Notes under the pieces: generated by a model
Told to the model about the DNA's origin: nothing
The model's database searches: none
The model's input: only the letters and a program-made list of their open reading frames with translations
NCBI GenBank assembly: GCA_951406725.2
Contig: OX597825.1
Coordinates: 55,242,001 to 55,306,000 of the forward strand
Reading direction: 5' to 3'
Length of the DNA stretch: 64,000 bases
Source of the DNA: Octopus vulgaris
Taxonomy: Eukaryota
Translations under genes and position numbers: made by a program
Part shown: piece after piece, positions 27,837 to 40,054 of the stretch
Numbering within the stretch: the first letter of the stretch is position 1
Layout of the letters: each line of letters begins with the position of its first letter

Positions 27837-29432
27837 TTGACAACAACGATCTGTCAAGTTTGGGGTGATACTAGTTATATTACATTGACTCCCTGTAGCT
27901 CTGGGGATAACGTTATCAGTACTATCCACTTCCATCACATTCTGGGATAGTATTATTGAATCTTACCCCTTTCCTTTTTATCCTGGAGTTGGTATTGCTG
28001 CCCCTTCTCATACCCCTATGAACATATACTCTAGTATCTATGAAAGGAAACAATAGTATTTATTAGTCATCATTTGGTACAGTGTTATTCCTTCCTTAGT
28101 CCTAAACAATGAACTGTGAAAAAGGAGGGGGACCTGTTTTGTCAGCCTGATAGACTGAGGCAAATATAATTCTATGCTTTGTTCTTAAGAACCAACAGTA
28201 CAGCTGTATCACAAGTTGGAGCTTGTAAGTAACCTTGAGGAGGCATGGTCTATTATTGCAACTTCTTAACCCTAAAGTTGTACCTTTAGAAATTTCATCT
28301 TAATTTTATATTTTATTTTTTGCATTATTCAGGAAAAATAATAAGGAAAAAACAAAAAAAAAAGCATATTACAGTCAATAAGAAAAATTGTTCCAAAAAG
28401 AATTATTCTTTTTTTGGGAAAAAAAAAATACTAAAGACAAGAAATTTGAACATAAAGGAAGGTTCATTTCTGTGAATCTTCAACAGCATTCCATCATAAT
28501 TCTAAGATAGAAGTGAATCATTTCTCACAATAACGAGAGAGTGAACATTTAGCTTCCAGTTAATGAATACATTAATTCTACACTATTTAGATTCTTCAGT
28601 ATGTTTTTCAGTTCTGCCAAGTGTACAGTGTTGATGCCACAGTACATTAAGCTTCAACCCACGCAGTCCCTGTCTCTAGTTGTATAATCACACCAGTAAT
28701 TTCAAAACATAACAGAACACTACCCCAACAACAGTACAAAGACCACATAAAGGAAAGCATCTAAAAAGGCACTAAATTTGCTAAAAATAGCAGCCTAATA
28801 TTTCTCACACCACTCTATAATATCTTAAAGCAAGGTAAAATACATTGCCTGGTAAAACTCTAGAAATATTAAGTCTCTTAAAAGAAAGAAAAACAAAAAA
28901 AAAACTGAGATGATCAAGGCTGGAATGCAGTTGGTCATAGTGCTCTTGATGAGGGTTGACCTTAGGCTAAACAACTACACAAGTCTGAAAATAATAACCC
29001 ATCCACTGGAATGAGAAAGAATCAAAAGTGCACCCCCACAAAAAATAACAGCAGCCTCAATACCCTTATGAAGCCATACACACTCTACTGGAATACACAT
29101 CACCTTCTGATGAGATCCAAATGTTCTCCATATAGAATACACTTAGTGGTGCTACAGAGATTTGCACTTGAGCAGGTATAGAATTAAATGTAGGGATAAG
29201 CAAGTTAGATCAATATATAAAGTATATTAAATACATGAAATACAACAAATGTATATATGTTTATATACAAAAAACCCCACTTAGACAAAATAGAAATGAT
29301 ATAGATAATTAAAGGGGTTGAAGAAAAGTATTACAAATCCAACAACTGTTTCTGGGGGCTTGGTGGTTCAATACTTTCTTCAACCTCTTTAATTCTCAAT
29401 ATTTCTATTTTGTGTAAGTCTGACCTTTTTGT

Positions 29433-31818
29433 ATCATCATCATCATCATCATCATTTAACGTCCGCTTTCCATGCTAGCATGGGTTGGACGGTTCAACTG
29501 GAGTCTGGGGAGCCCGAAGGCTGCACCAGGCCAGTCAGATCTGGCAATGTTTCTACAGCCGGATGCCCTTCCTAACACCAACCACTCCGAGAGTGTAGTG
29601 GGTGATTTTATGTGCCACCGACACAGGTGCCAGACGAGGCTGGCAGACGGCCACGCTCGGATGGTGTTTTTATGTGCCACCGACACAAGTGCCAGATGAG
29701 GCTGGCGAACGGCCACGATCAGATGGTGTTTGTTACGTGCCCACAGCACGGTGGCCAGTCGATGCGGTACTGGCTACGGCCACGTTCGGATGGTTTTCTT
29801 GTGTGCCACCGGCACTGGTACCACAAAGATACAAATTCCATTGATGTTCATCTATTTTGATTTGGTTTGATTTTTTTTTTTTTTTTTGATTTTCACTTGC
29901 CTCAACAGGTCTTCACAAGTGTCACACACTTGCCTCAACAGGTCTTCACAAGTGTCACATACTTGCCTCAACAGGTCTTCACAAGTGTCATAAGAAGGAA
30001 GGTATGCACAGGTGGACTGACTACTTCCCAGGTAGGGGCCACGGGTTATGGCCTGACTAGTCTTGCCGGGTCTTTGGATGGTGTTTTTATGTGCCACCAA
30101 CACAGGTGCCAGATGAGGCTGGCGAACGGCCATGATCGGATGGTGTTTGTTACGTGCCCACAGCACGAAGGCCAGTCGATGTGGTACTGGCTACCACCAC
30201 GTTCGGATGGTTTTCTTGTGTGCCACCGGCATTGGTACCACAAAGATACAAATTCCATTGATGTTCATCTATTTTGATTTGTTTTGATTTGATTTGATTA
30301 TGATTATTATTATTATTATCACTTGCCTCAACAGGTCTTCACAAGTGTCATTTGATTTGATTAGCACTTGCCTCAACAGGTCTTCACAAGTGTCATAAGA
30401 AGGAAGGTATGCACAGGTGGACTGACTACGTCCCAGGTAGGGGCCACGGGCTATGGCCTGACTAGTCTTGCCGGGTCTTCGGACAGGTGCCAGATGAGGC
30501 TGGCGAACGGCCACGATCGGATGTCGTTTGTTATGTGCCCACAGCATGGAGGCCAGTCGATGCGGTACTGGCTACAGCCACGTTCGGATGGTTTTCTTGT
30601 GTGCCACCGGCACTGGTACCACAGAGATACAGATTCCATTGATGTTCATCTATTTTGATTTGTTTTGATTTTTTGATTTGTTGATTTTCACTTGCCTCAA
30701 CAGGTCTTCACAAGTGTCACAAGAAGGAAGGCATGCACAGGTGGACTGACTACGTCCCAGGTAGGGGCCACCACGATCGGATGGTGTTTGTTATGTGCCC
30801 ACATCACAGAGGCCAGTCGATGCGGTACTGGCTACGGCCACGTTCAGATGGTTTTCTTGTGTGCCACCGGTACTGGTACCACAAAGATACAAATTCCATT
30901 GATGTTCATCTATTTTGATTTGGTTTGATTTTCACTTGCCTCAACAGGTCTTCACAAGTGTCACACACTTGCCTCAACAGGTCTTCACAAGTGTCACACA
31001 CTTGCCTCTGCCTCAACAGGTCTTCACAAAGTGTCACACACTTGCCTCTGCCTCAACAGGTTTTCACAAGTGTCACACACTTGCCTCAACAGGTCTTCAC
31101 AAGTGTCATAAGAGGGAAGGTATGCACAGGTGGACTGACTACGTCGCCGGGTCATCGGATGGTGTTTTTATGTGCCACCGACACAGGTGCCAGATGAGGC
31201 TGGCGAACGGCCACGATCGGATGGTGTTTGTTGTACCCACAGCACGGAGGCCAGTCGATGCGGTACTGGCTACGGCCACGTTCGGGTGGTTTTCTTGTGT
31301 GCCACCGGCACTGGTACCACAAAGATACAATTCCATTGATGTTCATCTATTTTGATTTGTTTTGATTTGATTTTCACTTGCCTCAACAGGTCTTCATAAG
31401 TGTCACAAGAAGGAAGGTATGCACAGGTGGACTGACTACGTCCCAGGTAGGGGCCACGGGTTATGGCCTGACTAGTCTTGCCGGGTCTTCTCACGCACAG
31501 CATACTTCCATAGGTCTCGGTCTCTAGACATTTCCTTAGTGAGACCTAAAGTTCGAAGGTCGTGCTTCACCACATCGTCCCAGGTGTTCCGGGGTCTACC
31601 TCTTCCACAGGTTCCCTCAACTGCTAGGGTGTAGCACTTTTGCCCACAACTATCTTCAGCCTTTCTCATCACATGACCATACCAGCGCAGCCGTCTCTCT
31701 TGCACACCACAACTGATGCTTCTTAGGTTCAACTTTTCTCTCAAGGAACTTACACTCTGACGATTATGAACACTGACATTACACATCCATCGGAGCATAC
31801 TGGCTTCATTTCTTGCGA
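29433..31818 (-). mobile_element. 5'-truncated RTE LINE with a five-fold multimerised 3' UTR
   Basis: ORF end ARNEASMLRWMCNVS...RRLRWYGHVMR...GRGRPRNTW...DRDLW (31472-31818). It is followed by five ~300-450-bp UTR units and a (GAT)n tail at 29433-29455. Confidence 0.95.
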
Positions 31819-32089
31819 TAAACATATATACAGTTTTTGTATTTTATGTATTTAATATACTTTATATACTGATCTGTCTAACTTGCTCATCCCAACATTT
31901 GCTTCTCTCTATATATAAATGTGTGTGTGTGTGTGTGTGTGTAAAACTCATCATCATCATCATTTAATGTCCATTTTCCATGCTGGCATAAGTAAGATGG
32001 TTTGAAATGATCCAACGAATTAAAAGACTACATTATGTCCAATGTTTGTTTGCATAGTTTTTACAGCTTTAAACCCTTCTACAGCATGT

Positions 32090-32380
32090 TGTTGTTTGTT
32101 CCTTCTCAAGCCACGCCTGGCTCATAGGGCTGGTTTTCTTGGCATATAGATTCCCCACCTGGACGAGACGCCGGTCCATCACAGGTGAGCTGCAAGATGC
32201 AGGAGGAAAGAGTGAGAGAAAGTTGTGGCGAAAGAGTCATTCACCAATACCTTCTGCCAGAGCTGTGTGGAGCTTAGGTGTTTCGCTCATAAACACACAC
32301 ATCGCTCGGTTTGAGATTCAAACTCGCAATTCCTCAACCGCGAATCCACTGCTCTAACCACTAGGCCATGTGCCTCCACC
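32090..32380 (-). mobile_element. tRNA-derived SINE (family D) with 12-bp TSD
   Basis: Minus strand TGGCCTAGTGGTTAGAGC A box and GAGTTTGAATCTC B box, with an (AAC)n tail. TSD TCTACAGCATGT at 32078-32089 and 32381-32392. Confidence 0.9.
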
Positions 32381-32981
32381 TCTACAGCATGTAATGAGTG
32401 CTTTTTCTTTTCATGGCAGTTGCACTAGTGAAATTACCATGCAGTTGGCAAGCCTAAGTTCCCTATTGATTGGGTGTGACAACAGAAAAGGTGGTGACAT
32501 TATACTAGATGAGAGGTTAAAGTATAAGAGAGGAGACTAGAACAGAACAGGGAATGTGTGTATGAATGTTTATATGTGTATGTGTGTGTGCATGTGTGTG
32601 TGTTTATTGTGTGGGTATGCATGCATGCATGTTTGTGTGTTGTGTGTGTATGTGTGCGTGCATGTGTGTGTGTGTGCAGATCAACTGCAACAGTCAATTT
32701 TTGAGCACAAGTCAACCTTTTTTGTGACTTCTACTAAAACTCAGACATATAACAAAATACAAATTACACATAAGACTGACTATTTCACTACTTTTTATAT
32801 GATGAACCAATGTTTGTTAGAATGTACTGTGTAGAATCCAGCTAGGCAGAGGAATAGTATATTTGGAGCACTGGGTCTGTTGATCATAGCTATTCATTTG
32901 ATTAATTACTTAGGTGATACAGCATTGATTGATCACTTATTGTATATGGTTAAACCACAAAAGCCTTAATTTGATATCTAT

Positions 32982-33948
32982 TTATCTGTAACTTGTTTCA
33001 GTCATTGAACTATGGCCACACTGGGGTACTGCCTTGAAGGATTTCCCACACACTAACTGTGGAAGGAACCTGTGGAAGAGGTAGACCCAGGAAAACCTGG
33101 GATGAGGTGGTGAAGCGTGACCTTCAAACGTTGGGCCTCACAGAGGCAATGATAGGGGACTGAGACCTTTGGAGATATACTGTGGTTGAGAAGACTCAGC
33201 AACTAAAGAGAGATAGCAGCCATGACTGATGCCAATGTTGCATGTCCAGCCCATTTAAAAGTACCTTGATGCACTGGGCAATTATAAAATGCTTGAGAAG
33301 ACCTGTTGTGTCAAGTAAAATCAAAATCGTAGCTGTGGCCAGTAGCCCCTGCCTGGCTCCCATGCCAGTGGCACATAAAAATCACTATCCAAATGTAATC
33401 GATGTGAGGACCACCTGACTGGCTCCTGTGCCGGTGGCACATAAAAAGTACCCACTACACTCTTGGATTGGTTGGATTTAAGAAGGGCATCCAGCTGTAG
33501 AAACATAGCAAGATCAAATTGGAGCCTAATGCAATCTGACCTCAGTGAAACCATCCATCTCATGCCAGCATGGAAGGCGAACATTAAATGACGAAGATGA
33601 TGAAATTGACTTCAGGGCTCTTTTCTTTTTTTTTTTTGATGGCAGTATTTATTCTATCAGACTTTAATGCCAAACTGCTAAGCTACGGGATGGTGGGGGA
33701 CACACATAAACAAACCAACACAGGTTGTTAAGTGAGGTGGGGGACAAACACAACCACAATGATGCACATGCATAGATATATGCTTACATACACAATGAGC
33801 TTCTTTCAGTTTCCATCTACCAAATGCGCTCACAAGGCTTTGTTTGATTCAGGACTATAGTAGAAGACACTTGCCCAAGGTGCTATGCAGTAGATCTGAA
33901 TCCAGAACCATGTGGTTGGGAAGCAAGCTTCTTACACTACAGCCACAT
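32982..33948 (-). mobile_element. Family A SINE split by an RTE insertion
   Basis: Tail at 32982-33045 and the remainder at ~33605-33948. Confidence 0.8.
33048..33603 (+). mobile_element. Short 5'-truncated RTE LINE
   Basis: TVEGTCGRGRPRKTWDEVVKRDL coding end, 3' UTR repeats and a GAT-type tail. Confidence 0.9.
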
Positions 33949-36089
33949 CTGTTTTCTTTAAAAGCTCCTCTATACATATGTGACTGTGCAGGAAATGAAT
34001 TTCTGAGGGACCAGTGTATAGGAAGGACTAAGTGGACACAAAGTCAGGGACGAGAACAGGAGTAATAAGTGAATTGAGAATTCTTGAGTGGCTTTTCAGA
34101 GATAGTTGGTGTAAGACCGGCTAATAAAACACAGTTCACTGTAGTAGCAGCAGACTTGGCAATGAAGGAGCCCTGTGTCTGGGTTAAAAACACAACTTTT
34201 TCTACTGATGAGAAATCTTCTAAGTAAAACTAGAGGAACATACAAACATAAGTAAGATACATACGCACATGCATATGCATACATAATATGTATGTATGTG
34301 TAAATATAAATATATGTATGTATATATGTATTTGTATATGGCATAGGAAAACGGATGTTAAATGATGGCAGCAATGTATATATGTGTGTATGTATAATGT
34401 AAATTGAACAGGATGACCAAAAGGTTTCCTGCAATCAATCTTATGGTCAGCTGTACCTCAGCAGACTAAGCAAAAGTGATCAATAACAGTAGAATGGTTT
34501 AAATAGTATTTGGTGCTTTCAAATGTTTCATATGGTTTCTGACATTAATTGCTATTAATCATAAGTTAGGTAGGCCTATGTTAACGACCATGAGGAAGAA
34601 TTTGAACCTGTTCCAGTTGGCTGAAATAAACTCCTTTTCTTTTTTTTTTTTGTTTAAGTCCCTAATAATGCAATTAATTTTAATGGAATCTATAAATGAA
34701 ATTAATCTATATAAAGTTTTAAAAAAAGTGTGGTTAGAGAAAAACATTATGAGGATATAGATAACACTGTGAACAGATTTTTGTCCTTGGGCAGGAACTG
34801 TTATTTCCTATTTACTTATTCCCAGCAAAGTATGAAAAGTGGCTAATATTTCCTTCAAACTTTGCTTTTGTTACATTAGTTCAAACCCCCAAAGAATCCC
34901 TCTTAACACATGGCTATGCTGCTCCCCCACTACTCCTGCTCATGATCATCGATGCACATATTGTCAGCCACTAAGGGAAATGCTTGCATGGTGAAGGTCA
35001 AGCAACAGACAAACAAATCTGGCATAAGCAGAATATTTGCTACGACAATATTTCTGTCTCAGCAACTCAACACTGAACCTGTCTCAAATGTAATGGAAAA
35101 TAGGTCAGTTTCAAAACAGGTCACAAAAGTAAAGTTTGAAGGGAATAGTAGTCATTTCCTTCAATTTCTAGATAGAAACAAATAAGAAATAACACTTACT
35201 AGCCAAAGACAAAAACAAATTTAACTCCGTAATATCGGTTGATGTAAATTTATGGGTGCTGTGTACTCGCTTTGAAGCAGATGATGAAAATATACACAGC
35301 CCTATCTGCTGCAGTTTTGTGCCTGTACCTGTTTGTGTACTGGTTGATATAAATATCTGCTATCACTCACGGAATCAATAATAGAGGCTGCCGTACAAAT
35401 TTCAAGGAATCTGATAGGTTTGTTTGACTCTTCATGTAAATATTTCCAACTCAGTTCAAGACTTCATCACCATAATAGTATAAAAGCAGCAGTTTTGGCA
35501 GTTACACTACCATTTCCACTATGACTTCCTATCAAATTCGTTTATGTTCAGCAAATTCTTCTGGTCCTTCATGGAATTTACAGTTGCATCCAGCCATACC
35601 AGTTTCATTGAATTTACAGTCCTCGCAGTGATGACAGTTTACATAAATAAACAGTGCAAGCTTTAAAGCGGTTGACGTAAACATACACCAAACCGTTGTT
35701 GTGTGCTGATTGATCTTGGCCGTTGATTGCTGATCTTGTCAGTGCAACCTACTTACCTGATAAAATACCCTTTTCATAGGGTTAAAATTTGTTACAGCAT
35801 AATCAAACTGAATGAATTAAAGGAACTGTTGGCAATATAATTTTATCTAAATTTTATGAAATTTGAATCAAACAAAAGAAAATACATTATATGTTAAATG
35901 ATGAGTGCAAACATATTCCTGAGGACTGTGGAGTTTACTACAAGTACCTTACTTAAGAGTTATTCTGAAAGAATAATGTGTAGCAACTACAAAATTTACA
36001 AAACTTCAAATTCTTTCTTTCAATCTATTTGCATATTGCTAGTAAATACTCATAAATGTATTTACCAATGACTATCTCTCAATCATTTG

Positions 36090-36475
36090 ATTCTGAGTTC
36101 AATTCTACTGTGTGACACCTTGGGCAGGTATCTTCTACTATAGCCTTGGATCAGCTAAAGCCTTGTGAGTGGATTTGGTAGATGGAAACCGAAAGAAGAT
36201 TGGTGCACACGTGTGTGTGTGAGTGTGTGTGTGTATGTGAGTGTGTGTGTGTGTGTGTGTGTTGTTGTTGTTTGATTCTCACTACTTCTTGACAACTGGT
36301 GCCAGTGTGTTTATATCCTGATAATTTAGTAGTTCGGCAAAAGAGACCTACAGAATAAGTCCCAGACTTTAAAAGAAAAAATGGTAAGTACTGAGGTTGA
36401 TTCATTTGACTAAAACTTATTCAAGGTGGTGCCCCAGTATGGCCTCAGTCTAGTGACTGAAACAAGTAAAAGATA
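36090..36475 (+). mobile_element. Family A SINE
   Basis: TGTGACACCTTGGGCAGGTATCTTCTACTATAGCC, internal (TG)n, tail GACTGAAACAAGTAAAAGAT. Confidence 0.85.
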
Positions 36476-37198
36476 CACTACAAAAGCTCCCTTGTATTTA
36501 TTTAATCTTATTTTTATTTGTACTTTTTTATTTTTACAATATGTGAATTTGCATTTTCTTCATATTTTCCCCTTACCCTAATCTTAAATATCTACACACA
36601 ATTATTTATCAATACCAGAACTAATTTATAATTATCTGTTTCCTTACCTATATTAGATTATATATGCTTATTAACCATAAGATACTCATAACTTATCGTA
36701 TGTGCTCATTATATTTTCACCTAATGCTTCCAACCTAATGTCGTCTTCATAGTAGTAATCTTAGTTACTCTGAGAAATTTTCTTACCAACTACTTTATTG
36801 TTATTATTAATGATTTGTAGGTACACAGTATCACATACCAGCTCCTGGGAATGTGTTTAATATGTAAACTGCTATATCCAATAACGTTACACTGCTATAT
36901 ATAGTGGTTATTTAAGCAATGATTTCATGGATGATTAATAGGTTAGATGGTTGCTGATGAAGGAGCAAAAACTCAGGGAATATGGCATATATGCCCATCA
37001 CCCATTTTTTTTCATTTTCAATCTCATTGTTAGCTTACATCTGATGTCTCAGATATGAAACATAACAAAATCAGTGCTGGCCACAATTTCTCAAGAAAAT
37101 CTGTAGAGATGACCTCAGCACATTTTGCTATTATCTTTAAACATTATGTAAATATTATTTAAACATTATGCAATTTATACAGGGTAACTTTACATTAA

Positions 37199-37419
37199 CT
37201 TGTTAGCATTTAAATTGGCTATATCTGGTGCAAAATATTCTACTTGATTTACATTGAAACTAACTAGCTTCAAACTCTCACACCTATCTTACAATGCCAT
37301 TCTTAAAATACAGAATCACAAAACTGAAATCTCAAGGCTACAAGATAATGTATGATTAATTCAAAACAATGTGAATAAATAAGCATTACATTTGACAAAG
37401 TAATTTGAATACTAAAGAG
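37199..37419. mobile_element. piggyBac-like MITE
   Basis: TTAA on both sides (37195-37198, 37420-37423). Imperfect TIRs CTTGTTAGCATTTAAATT and AATTTGAATACTAAAGAG. Confidence 0.65.
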
Positions 37420-37439
37420 TTAAGGAATGGCACACGCAA

Positions 37440-37722
37440 CTTCCTGAAATTCAGACTGCTTCATGGTCCCAGCAGACAAAATGGAAAAGGTGTGAGCCCA
37501 GAGGATGGTGAGAGAGATTCAGTGGAATAGCCACTGTGACTCACAGGGCTCACACTTAAGGATAGCCAGCTCCACCCCAGGAGTGGTTAACAGGGATGAG
37601 GTTCCAGGGCTGGGAACGCCAGAGGTCTCCACTGTCACAGGCTCAACCATAGAGCTGTCAGAGTATAACCAATACCTTGACAGTTCACTTTTCTCAGCCT
37701 GACAAGCAGCAGAGGCAAGGCT
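37440..37722 (-). pseudogene. Restriction-like endonuclease C-terminus of a CRE-like non-LTR retrotransposon
   Basis: LASAACQAEKSELSRY...VEPVTVETSGV...LL...EPCESQWLFH*ISLTIL...FSILSAG fits the AE..K..KY / P.A.ET.G / L.QRIS.AI.RGNA pattern. Confidence 0.7.
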
Positions 37723-37799
37723 ATATATTTTAGCATTATACACACATCATTATGTATTTTCTAACATCTAAATTATTTTTCCTAGCTTATTAAAATCCT

Positions 37800-37998
37800 G
37801 GTAGAATTATTGGCACATTGAAAAAAACACTTAGCAGCATTTCTTCTGGCTCATTACTTTCTGAGTTCATATTCCGCCAAGACCAAATTTGCCTTCCTTC
37901 ATTTTGTGGTTGATAAAACAAGAGCCAACAGACAACTGGGTGGGGGTGATATAATTGACAACCACTCTTTCCACAAAATTGCAGACCTTGTACCTAAA
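37800..37998 (+). mobile_element. Family M SINE
   Basis: CTGAGTTCATATTCCGCC...TTTGCCTTCCTTCATTTTGTGGTTGATAAAA. Confidence 0.75.
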
Positions 37999-38008
37999 GG
38001 AGGGGGGA

Positions 38009-38128
38009 GAAGAAGAAGAAGAAGAAGAAGAAGAAGAAGAAGAAGAAGAAGAAGAAGAAGAAGAAGAAGAAGAAGAAGAAGAAGAAGAAGAAGAAGAAGA
38101 AGAAGAAGAAGAAGAAGAAGAAGAAGAA
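38009..38128 (+). repeat. Pure (GAA)40 tract
   Basis: Uninterrupted GAA repeats, counted from the coordinates. Confidence 0.95.
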
Positions 38129-38154
38129 GGAGGCAGTGGTGGTGGTGATGATGG

Positions 38155-38365
38155 CGGCAATGGGCTGATAGGAAAGTTAGCATGCCAAACAAGATGCTTA
38201 GCATGCATTTCATCCATCTTTACATTCTGAGTTCAAATACTGCCAAGATCAACATAGCCTTTTGTCCTCTTGGGGTTGATGGAATAAGTACCAGACAAAT
38301 ACTTGGAGGTCAATGAGATCAACTATTCCCTTTCATCATAATTTCAGGCCTTGTTCATGTAGTTT
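38155..38365 (+). mobile_element. Family M SINE, followed by (CAG)n(TAG)n
   Basis: TTCTGAGTTCAAATACTGCC...GGGGTTGATGGAATAAGTACCAG. Confidence 0.8.
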
Positions 38366-38376
38366 TGAATTATTGT

Positions 38377-38460
<84 letters not shown>

Positions 38461-38977
38461 AAACAGCAGCAGCAGTATCCCTGCTATCATGACTCTTTAT
38501 CATTCATTTACATTATCTTTATTTTTGCTATTATTATAAGCATTATACTATTGTTATTATTATTTTATGAATCTGAACATAACTTTAAACTTTGTTCTTG
38601 AATTACGCACATTTTATATTTGTGCTTTTTTTCTCTTCTTTTAAAATATTTTTATACTTTATAATGATATTAGTTTTAAAATTATCTCTATAGTCAGACT
38701 TCTAAAATTCTGTATGCTTAGATATATATTTTGTAATAGATCTTAAGAATTCAATTACGAAATAATTTGGTGAATTCCTCTCATCTTTGTAAGCTTTATA
38801 AATTAGTATTCATCGATATTTTATGTTGTTATATTGTATATTTAATTTATATTCAATTGTACAAGCAAACTAATGGCTATAGTTTTAGTTATTTTCTTCA
38901 TGAATAGGTCTTATAGGGTTCGATCCGTCTTTAAAGCAGAGCAATTCATTAGTATATACTACATGTAAATAATATAT

Positions 38978-39210
38978 ATCTTTTATCTTTTAATAGTTTC
39001 AGTCATTAGACAGGAGTCATGCTGGAGCACCACATTGAAGAATGTTTAGTTGAATGAATCAACCCTAGTACTTGTCTATTTTTTAAGCCTGTTACTAATT
39101 CCATCAATCGGTTTTGCCAAACTGCAAAGTTACGGGTTGTAAACACACCAACACCTTTGTCAAGTGGTGGTGGGGAGTCAAACAGAGATACAAAGACACA
39201 CACACAGATA
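38978..39210 (-). mobile_element. Family A SINE 3' half
   Basis: Reverse complement of the family A 3' body. Confidence 0.8.
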
Positions 39211-39344
39211 TATATATATATATGTGTGTGTGTGTGTTTGTGGATTGTGCGTAGAAAGCATAAATCCAGAGAAGAAGCACACTGAGATGTAAAGCAGTAT
39301 ATATCAAAAATGGGGAATACATAAATATACACACACACACACAC

Positions 39345-39413
<69 letters not shown>

Positions 39414-39420
39414 TGTATAT

Positions 39421-39810
39421 AGGTGTAGTCATGGCTGTACAGTAAAAGCTTGCTTCCTAACCATATGGTTCCAGGTTCAGTCCTACTGATGGCACCTTGG
39501 GCAAGAGTCTTCTACAAAGGCTTGTGAGTGAATTTGGTAGACAGAAACTGAAAGAAGCCCATCATATATATATATATATATATCCATGTGTGTGTGTGTG
39601 TCTTTGTGTCAGCATTTGTCCCCTATTACCATTTGAAAACTGATGTTGCTGTATTTATGTCCCCCATAACTTAGTGATTGAGCAAACGAGACCAATAGAA
39701 TAAATACTAGGCTTAAAAATAAGACCTGGGGTCAATTTGTTTGACTAAAAACCCTTCAGGGTAGTGCTCCAGCATGGCAGCAGTCAAATGGCTGAAACAA
39801 GTAAAAGATA
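39421..39810 (+). mobile_element. Family A SINE, full length
   Basis: Head GGTTCCAGGTTCAGTCC, CORE-like GGCACCTTGGGCAAG, microsatellite and tail. Confidence 0.85.
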
Positions 39811-39998
39811 AAAAATATATACATGTAAATATTTCTAAACTTTTTGTACTTTCTGCTTTTTCCTATTATTTTGTGTTCCTTTCTGTCAAAGAGCATATGC
39901 TTGAAATGTAAAAGACTTTCTCACTTCCCAAGCATTAGACTAATACATCTGTTTGTTCTTTACACACCTGTCTTCGTCTTTTGTTTCTTTGTAAATTC

Positions 39999-40054
<56 letters not shown>

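Noticed and set aside
29893-29990. 31-bp repeat with a UGAAGA...CAA hammerhead- or SECIS-like look on the minus strand
   Set aside because: It lacks the CUGA and GAAA core and has no tandem GA quartet geometry.
32300-32380. tRNA-like sequences (also SINE heads elsewhere)
   Set aside because: They are SINE heads with body, tail and TSD, not complete cloverleaf tRNA genes.
34200-34235. CTGATGA motifs here and at 8879, 29107 and 45870, and a minus-strand near-match at ~4785-4815
   Set aside because: No properly placed GAAA, stems or NUH site.
37867-38230. Poly-E, poly-S, poly-L and poly-R ORFs
   Set aside because: They arise from the (GAA)n microsatellite.
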